Origin: Pristiophorus japonicus
Lineage: Eukaryota
DNA length: 64,000 bases
Direction of reading: 5' to 3'
Assembly (NCBI RefSeq): GCF_044704955.1
Contig: NC_091989.1
Coordinates: 85,374,001-85,438,000 of the forward strand
Shown here: positions 47,585 to 61,800 of the stretch, in pieces
How positions within the stretch are numbered: position 1 is the stretch's first letter
How the letters are laid out: each line of letters opens with the position of its first letter
The notes under the pieces: generated by a model
What the model was told of the DNA's origin: nothing
What the model saw: the letters and a program-made list of their open reading frames with translations, nothing else
Databases searched by the model: none
Translations under genes and position numbers: made by a program

Positions 47585-48328
47585 TGCCAATACTGCTCAT
47601 AAGATATTGCGGGGGTTGGGACGGGGGGGAACATTCGGAGGATTCCGTCCGACAAATGCCTCCACCCCTAATTTTTTTCCAAAAAGTCCAGGTGGTCCCA
47701 GAAGCATCTTCGATTCAGGTCAGAGGCCTTCATTCCATTCGTAAAGTACAGAAAGATGAAATCCCTGTAATTACGAAAAAGCTGGAGTGAATGGACTGAA
47801 CCACCAAAAACTGCATATTTGCATTGATAATAATGGGAACTCCGTCTTTACGAGTTCCTATTATTATCAATTGGAATAAACCCCTAAAGCAAGAAACACA
47901 ACATAATAAATAAAATAAATATCACATATTTAAACTTAATTGAAATTAAATTAAATTAAATGTTTTAGAAAAAATATATATTTTTTACAATTTTAAAACA
48001 TGTGTTTCATAAGGGTTTAATGGACCGCGATTTTAATTTAAACTTATGTATGTAATTTTAATTTTTATATGTTTTAAAACTCTTACACTGGTAATTTATG
48101 TGCCTGATTTTACCAGACATAAAAGTTTCAAAGACATTCGCTGGGCAAGAGTTGGGCAAATAGCCTATCACACCCATGTGAATAATTATTTCTCCCGGGG
48201 ATGTGAAGGATCTGTCAAGGAAATCTTTCGGTTCATGCACATCATGCCCAGAATATAACCCTTTGTGAGGACTTGCTGGGTCTGTGCGCACTTCGTACAG
48301 ACCTGGTGGGGCCGAAATTTTTGGCCCA
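47585..48328 (-). repeat. Copy 3 of the unclassified AT-core repeat, opposite orientation
   Basis: Hairpin attgataataatgggaactc (47823-47842) pairs with gagttcctattattatcaat (47852-47871), 19 of 20 bases. The AT-rich core follows the hairpin, the reverse of the order in copy 1. Confidence 0.5.
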
Positions 48329-49258
48329 TTATGTATAACTTACAGCAGCTCTCTTTTGCTTACTCAAGCCACTAATGATGCTGCTGCTCTCACAGCTAAT
48401 TCGCTATTTTGCCCTAATTATCTAATAATTCCTGTCATCATGCACACGTTGCCAAACTGAGTCGGACATGGCATGAGTTGAAACTCATTGCCCAAGATAC
48501 GTATTACCCCAATTCAACACTTCTTGCTGGTTAACCTGGCTCACAACAATCAGCAGAGAAGGTGTTCCTTTACAATGCAAATCTCATCCCTGTAGTATCG
48601 CCCACCATTTACATCATTGCACGATATTGCATTGGTGTACCCTTCTGTTCTGTATCGTAATTTTTTCGTCACACAATGCAGTTGTATTTTGTATCATCTA
48701 ATATACTAGAATTTTGTATTTGCTTCATGTTATATTCATATTTAAAGCCAATCGCGAATAGCAGGAACTGAAGAAAAATAAATTAACAATGACAAGTCCA
48801 TGAATTAAATTAAAGTAATCTTTAAATTTCATTATTGAAACTATTGTAATTAGAACGTACATTTCTGGTCTAAGGCAGAGAAAATTTGACTGTCGAAGTT
48901 GGCAGTGCAAAGTAAAGATATAGAGCTAACCATGCAACAATGGAACGGCCAATCTCTGAAACTTCTGACAAAGACGCATGCTTAGATCATTTCGTAGCCA
49001 TAAAGGAGAATAAATTAGACATTGATTCAAATTAAATCAGTAGTATCGTTAGATTATCAAGTTATTAACTACTGAAGTAAATGTATCTATCACACAGTTC
49101 GTAATCAAAGCAGTGAAGGGAAAGTAAACTGAAAATTCCTCTATTGTTCTGCCTCTTCTGTTCTTGGGTCACTTTTCTCTACCGAAAGCTGACTGTACCG
49201 GGTTAATATTAGATATGTAACGTCCTACTGTCTTAACAAACTTGGAGCTTGTACACAT

Positions 49259-50011
49259 TGTAAGAAAGCTTTACACCCAAAGAAATTGCGTGTTATAAAA
49301 TAAAATAAACACTTCTGCCAGCTCAACATACACTGAGAGTTAAGGTCGCAGCAAAATAAAACAGAAAAAAAGTCCTTCAATGCTTAGCGATGGAGATAAA
49401 AGATTTAGCAAGGAGCCTTAAAGATAAACAAGCTGTGTCTTCAAAGGGCAACAAGACATTCAGACAGTGATAAGGAACAAAATGACCCCATTAGTATACT
49501 TTTTCCTGTAATTGGACTATAGAATCGTTAAAATATTATTGCCACCAGTTATCCACCTGCCCAATTGAAACAAAGTATAAAAATGAGTGACGAAGAGGGA
49601 AAAGCAGGCAATCAGGGGTGGAGGCTATCTCAGGGTGGATGAATGCTGACTGAGTAGTATAACAAGTTGGTTAATTCTTTACTTCTGAGGTGAATTAATG
49701 CTGGCTAACGGCCTAACACCTTCTACACCTGGAGGAGCAACCCAACTGATGTAACCGAAGCTGCGGGCTGAAGCGATCCACCATTCTGAGTCCACTGCTG
49801 TGCCTCGCCATGTGTATGGGTGTCCATCTGTCTGCCCGGTCGTTTGGCTCCGCATACACTGCTCTCGTCTGTCCCGGGTTATATGTCGACAGCTATCTTA
49901 ATCATCGGTAGTATATGATTATGCAACAAAACTGTAGTTGTTCAATAAAATATCTTGCAAATCATATGACCATTTGTGTATCTGAGTTGGACCTGTGATC
50001 CTAATCTCATA
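49259..50011 (+). repeat. 5' LTR
   Basis: Starts TGTAAG. TATAAAAA at about 49577 and AATAAA at about 49944. Alignable throughout with 54746-55491. Confidence 0.8.
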
Positions 50012-50012
50012 G

Positions 50013-50030
50013 TGATGTCAGAAATGGGAT
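50013..50030 (+). other. Primer-binding site, tRNA-Leu(CAA) type
   Basis: TGATGTCAGAAATGGGAT matches TGGTGTCAGAAGTGGGAT at 16 of 18 positions, one base after the LTR end. Confidence 0.8.
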
Positions 50031-53000
50031 ACACATTGTTGGGATTAGTAAGGTTCCTGTTGGTGGTGAATCCGGGGTGCTTAGTCATTAGACTGAGTAT
50101 ATTTCTTTCTGATAGAAGGTAGTAGGAAAGCATATGTTAAAATGTAAAACCAGAAATGCAATGGCTTTGCTTTATCACGGGGAATAGTTAATAGACATGC
50201 TGATGGAAAAAGTTGGTGTGTCTGAAACAGACTTCCTAAAAGTCCTAGAAGATAATAAAGGGGACTATGATTATATTCTTGACAGACTTTCTGAGCATTT
50301 CCAGAAAATCAAACTTAAGCTGACAAAAAATGCCGACATACGTTCACTTGCAGAGCAAACTCTTGCACTGTTCAGATGAATGAAAACATTAAAAAGTTAA
50401 AAGAACAGAGAGAGCAGCTGCAAAAACAAAGCGAAAGCTGGCAGGAGAACTTTTCTGACGTTCACTGCCAGTTAGGCTGGTAGATAACAGCTCATGAAAA
50501 AGCTCATTGTATCAAAAGAAAACTAGATCAAATACTAGACCTAAATATTGACGAACAGGCAGAAAATACTAGCTTGACGAGGAGTTTGAAGATGCTAGGT
50601 GTGCTTTTAGAGAAATAAACCTTCATCGAACAAGCACCTCCACTGAAGCAGACCATGTCCTGTGACTGGCAAAAATTGAACAGCTTCAGTGACAAATAGG
50701 TCAACAGCTGCATTGGTACCAGCTGTCTCAGAAAAGAAAACGACAGACTTGGCCCTTGCTAGGACGGTTTACGAATGGAGCCAATTCGCTTCATTTACTC
50801 AGCTCCCTCTGCTCTTCCTCCATTGTTGAAGGGTGGTGAGGCAGGTGAAGCAATGTCAATGTGTGTGAACAGCACTGTCTATGGCAGCACTCGCGCCCAA
50901 GCAAGGAGAAGGCGAGGAGCAACCCTTCTCCAGCACTGGAAACAAGGTAGAAGAAACCACACCAACCACACGGTGGTCGCTTAACTGTGGTGGAGGTCGG
51001 GGCATTAAATTGTAAACTGAAAGTGGTGGAAGTCCACAGCGACTCTTTCGAGCTCAGACAGTGGTGAAGGATTTTTTAAATTATCCATCCAGAACTAGAA
51101 TGGAGCAATCTTAAATAAGTCCACTCGTTAGCATGTTCCACAGTGCTAAAACAAGAAATGGATCAGGACATTCTGGCAAGGGAAAATATGGAGGATATTT
51201 AGTTAGAGCTATGCCAAACACTAGGGGAGTAGGCCATCGACTTCCACCAGCTTCGAGTCAATAGCAAACAGGGCCCTACTGATAGCCCAAATGCCTACGT
51301 GCAGATACTCGATGAAATCTCCCAGCGCATACGGGGTGATGGTGGAGATGACTTTACCGAGATCGTCTTCAATACACTTTCCTTGAACGGACTCCAACAC
51401 TTGGTCCATAATGCACTGGGTGTTTGCTCCTCTAAAGTTACCGCATGGGGGCAAGCACCATGCCACGGCTGCTTGGGATCAGACCCAGGCCAGTATCCCT
51501 AAAGTTGCATTAGCGGCCTTCAAACAGCTGCAGCCTAACCAGAAGTCAGGGCCATGCTAAACTCTCCCCTCAGAAAAGTGTGCCACTGTATAGGCCACTA
51601 TGCCTGTCACTGCTACAAACCCCAAGACAAGCAGGCCCGGACTCGTTCGAACAGCGGCTAGAGAGAATGGAGCCAGCCAAAGGGGCCTCTCAGGGGGCCC
51701 TACTGGTTGCCTCAGTGCATTAGCAACGCAAGCCAAAGACTGCATCGCCACCGCCGCTATGACTCCTTCAGGCCTCTTAGGAAGCGGTAACTGCCCCTCT
51801 GCAACACGATCCCGACCCCAATCCTACAAAAGGCATGCCCCAACTATTTTCGGGCTTTGACAATTCAATCCAGATAAGTATACATGGATCCCTTCCCTTG
51901 GAGCTAAAACAGGTTATTGTTCGCAAAGGAAAGTGCACGACTAACGCCGCAGTTTGGCCAGTGAAAACACCATATCAATATTGGATGTCTATTGTCTATC
52001 GTCAACACAACTCAGTTACCTGTGTGTTTGTCACGTTCGTTCAGGAGACACCACCGACTCTATCAGATTCTCAGTGGCAGTACTCAGTACAGAATAAGAT
52101 TCAATAGAAAACTTCAGAAATTGAAAATGTTCTTATGGCAGAAAGGATAAATTAATTATGATGGAATAAACCAGATGAGGGAACATCCTCTTTTATGAAA
52201 GGCTACGGTTTTAATGTTATTTTCAGTGTGAACGTTAATGTCTTTTTACAAAGTATGTATGAATGTTTAAAAAGCTACCATATTCCTTTTATCTGAAAGC
52301 CTGTCTTTTAACAAGTGATTAAGTTTAACTCTAAGATTTAACCATGCTATAACAATTTCCAAAGCAGTTTGATTTGATTTATTTCAATTCTTTCTGTTCT
52401 GTCTTATGTTTTGTTAATAATTTGAGACGATTCTTCTTGTGAAACATTTTGGTTGTACTGCGAAATCATGGCTTTGCAAATACTTTTAATAAAGAAACAA
52501 TATCAAAAAGGTTGGAGTCAATCTAAAATGCTGTTTACTCTGCTGAGCGACAGAAGAGCTTGAAGTGGGGAAGTTACTTTTTAAACGAATTGCGAGCACT
52601 TGTGTCTCTAACGTTAAGGCATCACTGATGCATCAAATGGAGAGAGGAAGATTTGGAGATACAAAGGCATGGGGAAAAACAGATTCTATCGGGAAAGGTA
52701 GTTAAAACAAATTTAGATAAAGATGCATCTGATAATATTTGCTCTGCCTTCTTACAAAGCTGCAATGGGGTTAACACTTTCTGCTGACAGCTGATGTATT
52801 TTTGTTCAACAGACACATTTAGTACCACTGAATTAATTTTAAAGATACTGGACGTTATTAATTTAAGTTTCTTAATTTTAACTAAATATTTTCCGACATG
52901 CAAAAAGGGCAATTATAAGTTGACTAATTAACTCCTTTGGCTCTTAAACACAGAGCTTCAATTTAAACATTCTAGATAGGAAAATATAGCTGAAGTGCAA

Positions 53001-53512
53001 GAGGATAATTGCTGTGTATCCAGAGAAAATAAAATGATGGCGAAATATAATTGAATATTGACAAAACCTGCCAGTGCAGCAATACTGCTGTTTGGATTTG
53101 TGATATGTTTGAAATGATGATAATGTTCTGGCACAATATAGCAGGTTATCAAGATGTTATTAAATGTTTGTTGATAACTTGGACCAAGTCAGAAAGTTTG
53201 ATCTATGATACATATGTTTAATTTTATATTGGACAGTAACTTTCCTCCAAAGCACATGAATATAAATAGTAATTAACGGGATGCCCAACTAAATATGCAA
53301 GATAGAAACAAGAAAGGTACACCTCCAAATGGGAGATTTCCTAACATTCTCGTGAAAGTCAATAAAGTGTGGGTCAGAATAGTAAACCGATAGATTTCTC
53401 TTGGAGAACTTTGTGTCCTTGCCTGTGTACCTTGTTAAGAAAACTGATATTTATGGCCTGGCCACTACCCAATATATCCGAGCCATGCATTTTGAGATGA
53501 GTAAAGATCTCT

Positions 53513-54082
53513 AGACATAGAAATATTGAAACATAGAAAATAGGTGCAGGAGAAGGCCATTCGGCCATTCGAGCCTGCACAACCATTCATATGATCATGG
53601 CTAATCATGCAACTTCAGTACCCCATTCCTTCTTTCTCTCCATACCCCTTAATCCCTTTAGCCGTAAGGGGCACATCTAACTTCTTATTGAATATATCTA
53701 TCGAACTGGCCTCAACAACTTTCTGTGATAGAGAATTCTACATGTTCACAATTCTTTGAGTGAAGAAGTTTCTTCTCATCTTAGTCCTAAATGACTAAAC
53801 CCTTATCCTTCGACTGTGACCCTTGGTTCTGGACTTCCCCAACATCGGGAACATTCTTCCTGCACCCAACCTGTCCAAATCCGTCAGAATTTTAGACGTT
53901 TCTATGAGATCCCCTCTCATTCCTCTAAATTCCAGTGAACATAAGCCTAGTCGATCCTATCTTTCTTCATATGTCAGTCCTGTCATCGCGGGAATCCGTC
54001 TGGTGAAACTTCGCTGCACTCCCTCAATAGTAAGAATGTTCTTCCTCAGATTAGGAGACCAAAACTGTACACAATATTCACG
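53513..54082 (-). mobile_element. Short 3' CR1 fragment inside the LTR element
   Basis: Tail agacatagaaatattgaaacatagaaa. Reverse-complement similarity to the 3' end of the CR1 at 28572-30063. Confidence 0.85.
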
Positions 54083-54745
54083 CTTACAGTCTTTTGATAA
54101 GATGACATGAAAGCCCGAAAATGGCTTGTATTAATTGGAACGTGTGGCACGATATACCAGTATGTGTGTTCAAAGGACAGGTCTCACATATGCTCATTTA
54201 CTTGACGACAACAATACATGAAATTTATAATGAGGCTAAGGAACAGAGACAATTTTTAAAGCATTGACATATACTCCTTCGAGAATCTATCAAGTTAATG
54301 AAAGAATCAGACAAGAGTTAAACACCTGATGTTGGGATTGAAATTGAAATTGAAGTGGAGAGTTACACTTGAAGGCTAGGGGGGAATACATTTGGCAAGA
54401 ATTATCCACAAGATAGATTCGAGTAAACGTGAGAACTGGAGAGTCTTTTTTACGTCCATGACTTGTTCATTAGATGTTAAATTGTCACTTGAAATGATTG
54501 TGAGACTTAATTTTATCTGTGACTTTAACAATTGTGTTTTATAGCTAATAGAGCTTGAGAATGGGGTCAGAGGTTGTTCCTCGCCCTCAAAGGAATGGAG
54601 TGCATCAGATGGGGACATTTTAAATTCATAGTCTCCCAACCAACTAACGTCCAAATTGAGAAAGCAATAATTTAGAACTAGCTAGCTTAGTCAAAAGCAG
54701 CTGTTGAGAACTCAAAAATGAAATTTCCTTTTCAAAGTAGGGAAT

Positions 54746-55491
54746 TGTACGAAATCCTTAAACTCAATCAAATTGGGAAGTAGAAAATAAATAATGATTT
54801 TATACAATAAATACTTGTGCCAGCTCTGCCCTCCCAGCGAGCTGAGATCACAGCAAGAGGACAGCAAAACTGGCATTCAAGGCCTAGCGATAAACTGGCC
54901 TTAAAGATAAACAAGTTCTCAATTTCAAGAGCAACAATACATTCAGATAGAGATAAAGAAAAAATGGTCCTATTAAGTATATTTCCCCTTGCAATTGGAC
55001 TACAGGATGGGTAAAAGATGATTCACATCAGGTATCTACTAGCCCATCGAAATAAATTATATAAATGGGAGACCAAGAGGAAAGACAGCCAGCCAGTGCT
55101 GGTGTCTTTGTCAGGGTGCATCAATGCTAGCTGAATTGCCTAATACCATGGATCATTCTTAAACTCTGAGGTAGATCAATGCTGGCTAACGGCCTAATGC
55201 CTTCGACAACTCGAGGAACAACTGAACAGATGTGACCGATTCGCAGGCTGAAGGAATCCACCAACCTGAGACCACTGCTCTGCCTCACTCTGCGTCTGTC
55301 TGTCCATCCTTTCATCCAGTCATTTTTCTCCACATGGAGTGCTCTCAAATGTCATGGGTTGTATGTCTATACATATCTTATCCATAAGCAGTATCTGATT
55401 ATGCTTTAAAACTGTAGCTATTTAATGAAATACCTTGAAAATCGTAAGACAATTTGGCTATCTGTGTATGAGCTGTGATCCTAATTTTACA
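54746..55491 (+). repeat. 3' LTR
   Basis: Preceded by the purine tract aaagtagggaat. Starts TGTACG and ends ...tttaCA. Confidence 0.8.
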
Positions 55492-57589
55492 ACAAGTTAT
55501 ATCGCCCAGCAGTGGAGATAGAGAGGATGGAAGCTAAATAAATCATAGTCTATTCGCTTTTTTCTCTCTCTTCTCCTTCTACTCAGCTCTTGCTGGCACA
55601 TGCTCACACGATCTTGCAATCAAAATAACACCTGGTGTTCGATTGCACTGCCACGGAGCTGAGAGATTTGATGTTATGCACTATAACCTTTGGCCCTATC
55701 TCATTCTTCATGGTCAACCAAAAGGCTTAACCATGGGTATCAGATAGACCAATTATGAATACTCAAATGACAATGAAATGTCACTCCGCCTTACTCTGCT
55801 CTGCACCCGCAGAGATATTGGCATATTACCTGATTGAGAGTGAGTTAGAGATGACTACAGGTGGAGCGCAGTGAGCACAGCTGAGCAGGACCAGATGGAT
55901 CTGACACAAATGGCCAAGTGAAGAGCGAAAGTGACAGCCAGCTCACGGCCGATTTCTGCTAAACAGGGAATGACTGCTGACATAAGGGGCCCAGCATTTA
56001 AATGAATTGATTTCTGTGCTTAATAAATTGATGAAAGCATTTTTTTCCCTAAGGTTAATCCTCATCCTTCCATTAAATGTAGATAGATTCATGCGTTAGA
56101 TGCACATCTGATTAATAATCTTTATTAATACATCAATTAATATAATCTTGTACATACAGTGGTCCTAAGATCGTTGTGATAATATATTCTTGCAACTAAC
56201 TCCTGGGGTTGGGCAGCAGTGATGTTGTCTTCAATACTCGCTCGTGCACCATGCAAAACCAGTAAGAATATCTAAACTGCCTGTGCGTGAATTTATCTAA
56301 AACAGTGTGCTGTACTTTATATGGTTACCTACAACATGAATTTGTATGTTTAATACATATGTGTTTCCTCATTACCTGCTGTAAGCACGTGCGTATGTTT
56401 CAGCTATGCTTTCATTGTATTAACATATTACCTCAACTCCACCTTATGCGGATGCATGACAAAGGAAGAGTTCTTATAGTTTCCTTGCAAGCATAAAGCA
56501 TAGTTGACTGCATCTTACATTCATAGCCTTCACTTCGTTATCTGTTCTAGATATTTCATACAGAGTTTATTATACTGAAATACTCACAGCCTAAAGCACC
56601 CGGCCATAGTACCAATGCACTTTGCTGTATATTCCACAATTCAGTTTCAGCCTACTATCCCTTTGTATTGCAGAGACTATCGTGACTCCATTAACCCGTT
56701 TTAATTCAAGGGTTGTCCAGCTCATAAATCTACCTATTTATAGGCAGTCGCTCGAAACGAGGATGTCTTGCATCAACGACAAGAAGGTATGAGCTCAGAA
56801 GTTTTTCAATGAAGGACCTAATATAACAGGTCAGAACTATATGTTGAAGGGTGGAAATGCCTGTGCGTGATTTTTTTTAACTTGTGGTTGCCGTTGCAAA
56901 CCAGCCACCGCACGGACTTCACAGAGCTTGGCAGTGGTCCAGTGGCAAGACTTAACCAAGACGACTGGAGACCAGCTCTGATGCACGTACGTAGAGCACA
57001 TACATACCATCAAGCTGTGTGGGCCTTTTAAGCATGGCTTTGACACTCTGCAGTAGGTCACGGTGAGTGTAGTCACCGCGATGGTAACTGCAGCTGAGTC
57101 CTATGATGCACGAGTCTGTGAAAGTATTAACCATATTTCTCGCACATATCCACACATGTCCATACTAGGGCCATACAGGCTGTTGGCTCAACTATTTCGA
57201 AGCTTTGGTTAGCTGGTAGGGAAAGTAGATAGAGCAATAAATTAGATCACTGATGTCTTCGAGTTTGCACTCTGATAGGCCAGTAGTTGCTCTGAGATAG
57301 AGGGTAATATCCAGAATGGTCTTTCGACATGGAGGGAATATAATTTCACGTTGTATAAATTTTGTAGCCAAGCAATCCACTGAACCATGATGTCGGAAAA
57401 CATAGCAGGGAAAGCTTTCTGCGTCGCTGCTCTCTTATGCCCGAGCTCACAGTGTTATCCAATAACGAGCATCACACGAGTTCCTTAATCAGCAACCATG
57501 TACTCCTTTTTACAGCCATAACTGGGCATATTGTAGCAACAATGCTGTAGGTGAAAGAAAGACCAGTTCATACTCACACTAATGCTGAA

Positions 57590-58860
57590 AGATGAATGAG
57601 ATGGGTTTGTGTCATTTCCATAAGATAGTAATCAAGTGAATATCGTGAAACATTAAGTCTGTTTGAAATATTTGAAATGTTGGCAGGAGTGAGCACGACA
57701 CACTCGTTGTGTGGAAAAAGTCATGACAACCTCCATCGTGGTATGTGCAGCTACCACCATGTTAAGTAAGAAAAATCTAGCCAATCAGCAGCAGAAGCGC
57801 ATTCACCCAAAATATGTCCCAGATAAACTCTCAATATTCCATCACCATAATGCCATACGGCCAATCCTGGTTCAAGGTAAATATAGAAGAGAATGTCTTG
57901 AGCAGCACTAGGTGTATCTGTCAATGAGGTGCCATTCTGATGATGCTACAACACAGACTACATATCTGCTAATCATTATAGCAGCATTCTATATACAACG
58001 CTTAACTATCGCACAGACAACGGATAAGATCAATGTTCTGAAGTTCTTCCACATCCAATTCCGAGAGGGGGATAATTAAGCAGAGAAAACATTTGAAAGA
58101 GGTATTATCAATATCCGCATCCTTAATGATGATGCAATCAACCAATTGAGAGGAAAAAACAAGGCTAAATCCTTCATAACCATCAAAACCCATGAGTGTG
58201 TGTTCCTTCTCGGCTTCCTCCTCAGGTACCAACAATTAGAGATACCAGTCTGCAGCCAATACTATTCACTTCACATGATATCAAGGATCGTTGACACACT
58301 GGACACAAGTAATCTATGGGTGCCTAAAATGCCCCTTCTGTGCAGATGAACACAGTGCTCCAAAAGGAACCATGGCAATAAACAAGCTGTTCCAGCTAAA
58401 ACTACAAAACTCAACCATTGCCAGGACCTTTTTTTCACAAAAAGCAAGACAAATGCAACCGAATAATTACCATACAATGAGCCTACTCACAATCATCAGC
58501 AAAATTACTGATCGTATCAGATATAGCGCTATCTAGCGTCACTTACTCAACAGTAGCCTTATCATCAATCCTCCATTTGGCTTCATTCAGGGGCACTCAT
58601 CCCTGACGTCATTGCAGTTTTAGGCCAAATATGGGCAAAAAATCTGAATTCCAGAGGTGAGGTGAGACTGACTGCCCTCGACATTAAGACAGCATTCGAA
58701 CCAGTGTGAAAACAAGGAGCACTAGTACAATTCAAGCCGATATCGATTAGGGGAAAAAAAACACCAATGTGGAATATTGGGAGTCTTTCTGTTCAAGGAT
58801 AATCGGATTGTTAAGTGAATTCAAAATTCCACAGAGAATAAAGCAGCCATGCCAACTTTC
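57590..58860 (+). mobile_element. Old degenerate LINE of the same family as 1690-3520
   Basis: Shared nucleotide blocks, for example aatatccgcatccttaatgatg and cacaaaaagcaagacaaatgcaaccgaataattacc. A further piece lies at about 63360-63430. Confidence 0.6.
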
Positions 58861-58889
58861 AAAAATATAATGGAAAATTGCGTTGATAA

Positions 58890-61800
58890 GGACAAAGAGA
58901 GATCGGGAGGCCAGAACGTTCGGGAGGCCAGAGAGTTCGGGAGGCTCCGAGAATTCGGGAGGACACATAGTTCTGGAGAGTAGAAGTTCGGGAAAGTACG
59001 AGAGCAGAAGTCCGTAAGTCCGGAAGGTCAGGAGTCCGAGGAGCAGGAGGGCCGGAGGTAAGCAAGGAATTTACTTCTAATGAGGATCGGAGAGTCGGAG
59101 GAGCGGGCAGTATAAAAAGAGCGGGAGTGAGAAGAGTGGAGGAGGTCGGTAGCAGCGTGGCCCATGAAATGGTGTCGATCAATTGGAAATAGTTGCAGGG
59201 GCAGAAGGTAAAAAGTAATCAAAGTGCGACGTCACAACCAAGAGCTTAAATGATTGGCTGGTGGATTGGTGAATATTTAATATTTTTCATTTTCTTTTCT
59301 GATCAGTAAGAAACATTGGCATTGTAATCAATAAGGTTGATTTAAGGGTTCAGCCATGGCAGGAGAGCCCAGATCCGTATGTCATGCTCCTGCTGTGCTA
59401 TGTGGGACATCAAAGAGGCTTCCAGTGTCTGTGAAAACTACCTGTGCAGGACGTGTAACCAGCTGCAGCACCTGACAGACCACATTGCGGCACTGGCGCT
59501 GCGCATGAACTCACTCTGGAGCAACCACGATGCTGAGGCTGTTGTGAATAGCATGTTTAGTGACTTGGTCGCACCGCAGGTAAAGTTTAAACAGTGAGAT
59601 AGGGAATGACTGAACATCAGGCAGAGCAGTGGAAGGAAGGAAGTGCAGGGGTCCTCTGCAGTCATCTCCCTCCAAAACAGATACAACACCTAGGGTAATC
59701 TTGGGGGAGATGACTCATCAGGGGAATGCATTAGCTGCCAAGTCAATGGCACCAGGGGTGGCTCTGCTGCCGAGCAGGGCAGGAATATGAGTGGGCAAAC
59801 TATAGTTATAGGGGACTCTATTGTAACGGGAATAGATTGGCATTTCTGCTGCCGCAAACGAGACAACAGGATGCTATGTTGCCTCCCTGGTACAGGGGTC
59901 AAGGTTTCTCGGAGCAGCTTCAGTGCATTCTGGAGGGGGAGATTGAACAGCCAGCTTTCGTGGTAGTTATAACTACCAACGATATACATAAAAACAGGAT
60001 GTTGTACTACAAGTGGAATTTAGGGAGCTAGGAGTTAAATTATAAAGCAGGACCTCGAAGGTAGTAATTTAAGATTGCTACCAATGCCATGTTCCATTCA
60101 GAGTAGGAATTGCAGAATACATCAGATGAATACGTGGCTTGTGGAATGGTGCAAGGGGGAGGGATTAAAATTCCTGGGACATTGGAACCAGTTCTGGAGG
60201 AGGTGGGACAAGTACAAACTGGACGGTCTGCACCTGGGCAGGACCGGAACAGATCTCCTAGGTGGAGTGTTTGCTAGTGCCATTGGGGAGGGTTTAAATT
60301 AAAAAGGCTGGGGGATGTGAATCGATGCACGGAGGCAGAGGGAAGTAAAAAGGGAAAAGAAGCAAAAGTTACGAAGGAGTAAAGCAAGAGTGGATAGCAG
60401 AAAATTCAAGAAGAAAAATCAAAAAGGACAACATTACAACATAGTTCTAAAAGGGCAGAGTGTTAAAAATAAAACAAGACTGAAGGCTCGGAGTCTCAAT
60501 GCGAGGAGCATTTGTAAAAAGGTGGATGAATTAACTGCGCAGATAGCTGTTAACGGAGGTGATGTAATTCGGATTAGGGAGACATGGCTCCAAGGTTACC
60601 AAAGCTGGGAACTGAATATTCAGGAAGGACAGACAGGAAGGAAAAGGAGGTGGGGTAGCGTTACTTGTTATAGAGCAGATGAACGCAATAGTAAGGAAGG
60701 ACATTAGCATGTATGCTGTGGAAACAATATGGGTAGAGATGTGAAACATCAAAAGGCAAAAAACCTTAGTGGGAGTTGTGTGCAGACCACCAAACATTGT
60801 AGGGATGTTGGAGATTGCATCGACAGGAAATTAGGGACGCGTGCAATAAGGGTAAAGCTGTTATCATGGGTGACTTTAAACTGCATATTGATTGGGCTAA
60901 TGAAACTGGTAGCAATGCTGTGGAGGAGGATTTCCTGGAGTGTATAACGGATGGTTTTCTAGACCAATATATCAAGGAACCAACTGGAGAGCAGGCCATC
61001 ATAGACTGGATCTTGCATAACGAGAGAGGATTAATTAGAAATCTGGTCGTGTGCGACCCCTTGGGGAAGAGTGAGCATAATATGGAACAATTCTTCATTA
61101 AGATGGAGAGTGGCACAGTTAATTCATAGACTAGGTTCCTGAACTTAAAGAAAGGAAACGTCGACGGTATGAGACGTGAATTGGCTAGGATAGACTGGAG
61201 AATGAAACTTAAAGGTTTGATGGTATTAGGCAATGGCAGACATTTAAACATCACATGGATGAACTTCAACAATTGTAGATCCCTGTGTGGCGTAAGAATA
61301 AAAAGGGGAAGGTGGCTTAACCGTGGCTAACAAGGGAAATTCGGGAAAGTGTTAAATCCAAGGAAGAGGCATATAAATTGGCCAGAAAAATCAGCAAACC
61401 TGAAGACTGGGAGAAAATAGAATTCAACAGAGGAGGACTAAGGATTTAATTAGGAGGGTGAAAATAGAGTATGAGAATAAGCTTGCAGGGAACATAAAAA
61501 ATGACTGCAAAAGCTTCGACAGATATCTGAAGAGAAAAAGATTAATGAAGACTAATGTAAGTCCATTGCAGTCAGAAACAGGGTAATTCATATGGGGAAC
61601 AAGGAAATGGCAGACCAATTGAACAAATACGTTGATTCTGTCTTCACTATGGAATACACGAATAAGCTCCCGAAAATATTAGGTGACCCAGGGTCTAGCG
61701 AGAAGGATGAACTGGGCGAAATCCTTAATAGTCAGGAAATGGTGCTGTCGAAAATAAAGGGACTGAAGGCAGATAAATCCCCAGGCATGATAGTCTGCAT

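Larger units (their letters stand above)
49259..55491 (+). mobile_element. Decayed LTR retroelement (Gypsy- or ERV-like, unresolved), no recognisable pol
   Basis: Direct repeats of about 750 bp at 49259-50011 and 54746-55491, with TG...CA/TA ends. PBS and PPT are in the expected places. Flanks ACAT and ACAA fit a 4-bp duplication with one mismatch. Coiled-coil gag-like remnants start at about 50197. Confidence 0.8.

Noticed and set aside
56740-57200. Possible SINE or LINE 3' fragment
   Set aside because: It looks repeat-like, but I could not support a family or boundaries from the sequence alone.
58903-58990. Short regularly spaced repeats as a CRISPR-like array
   Set aside because: Eukaryotic context and no unique spacers. 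The repeats belong to the CR1 5'UTR.
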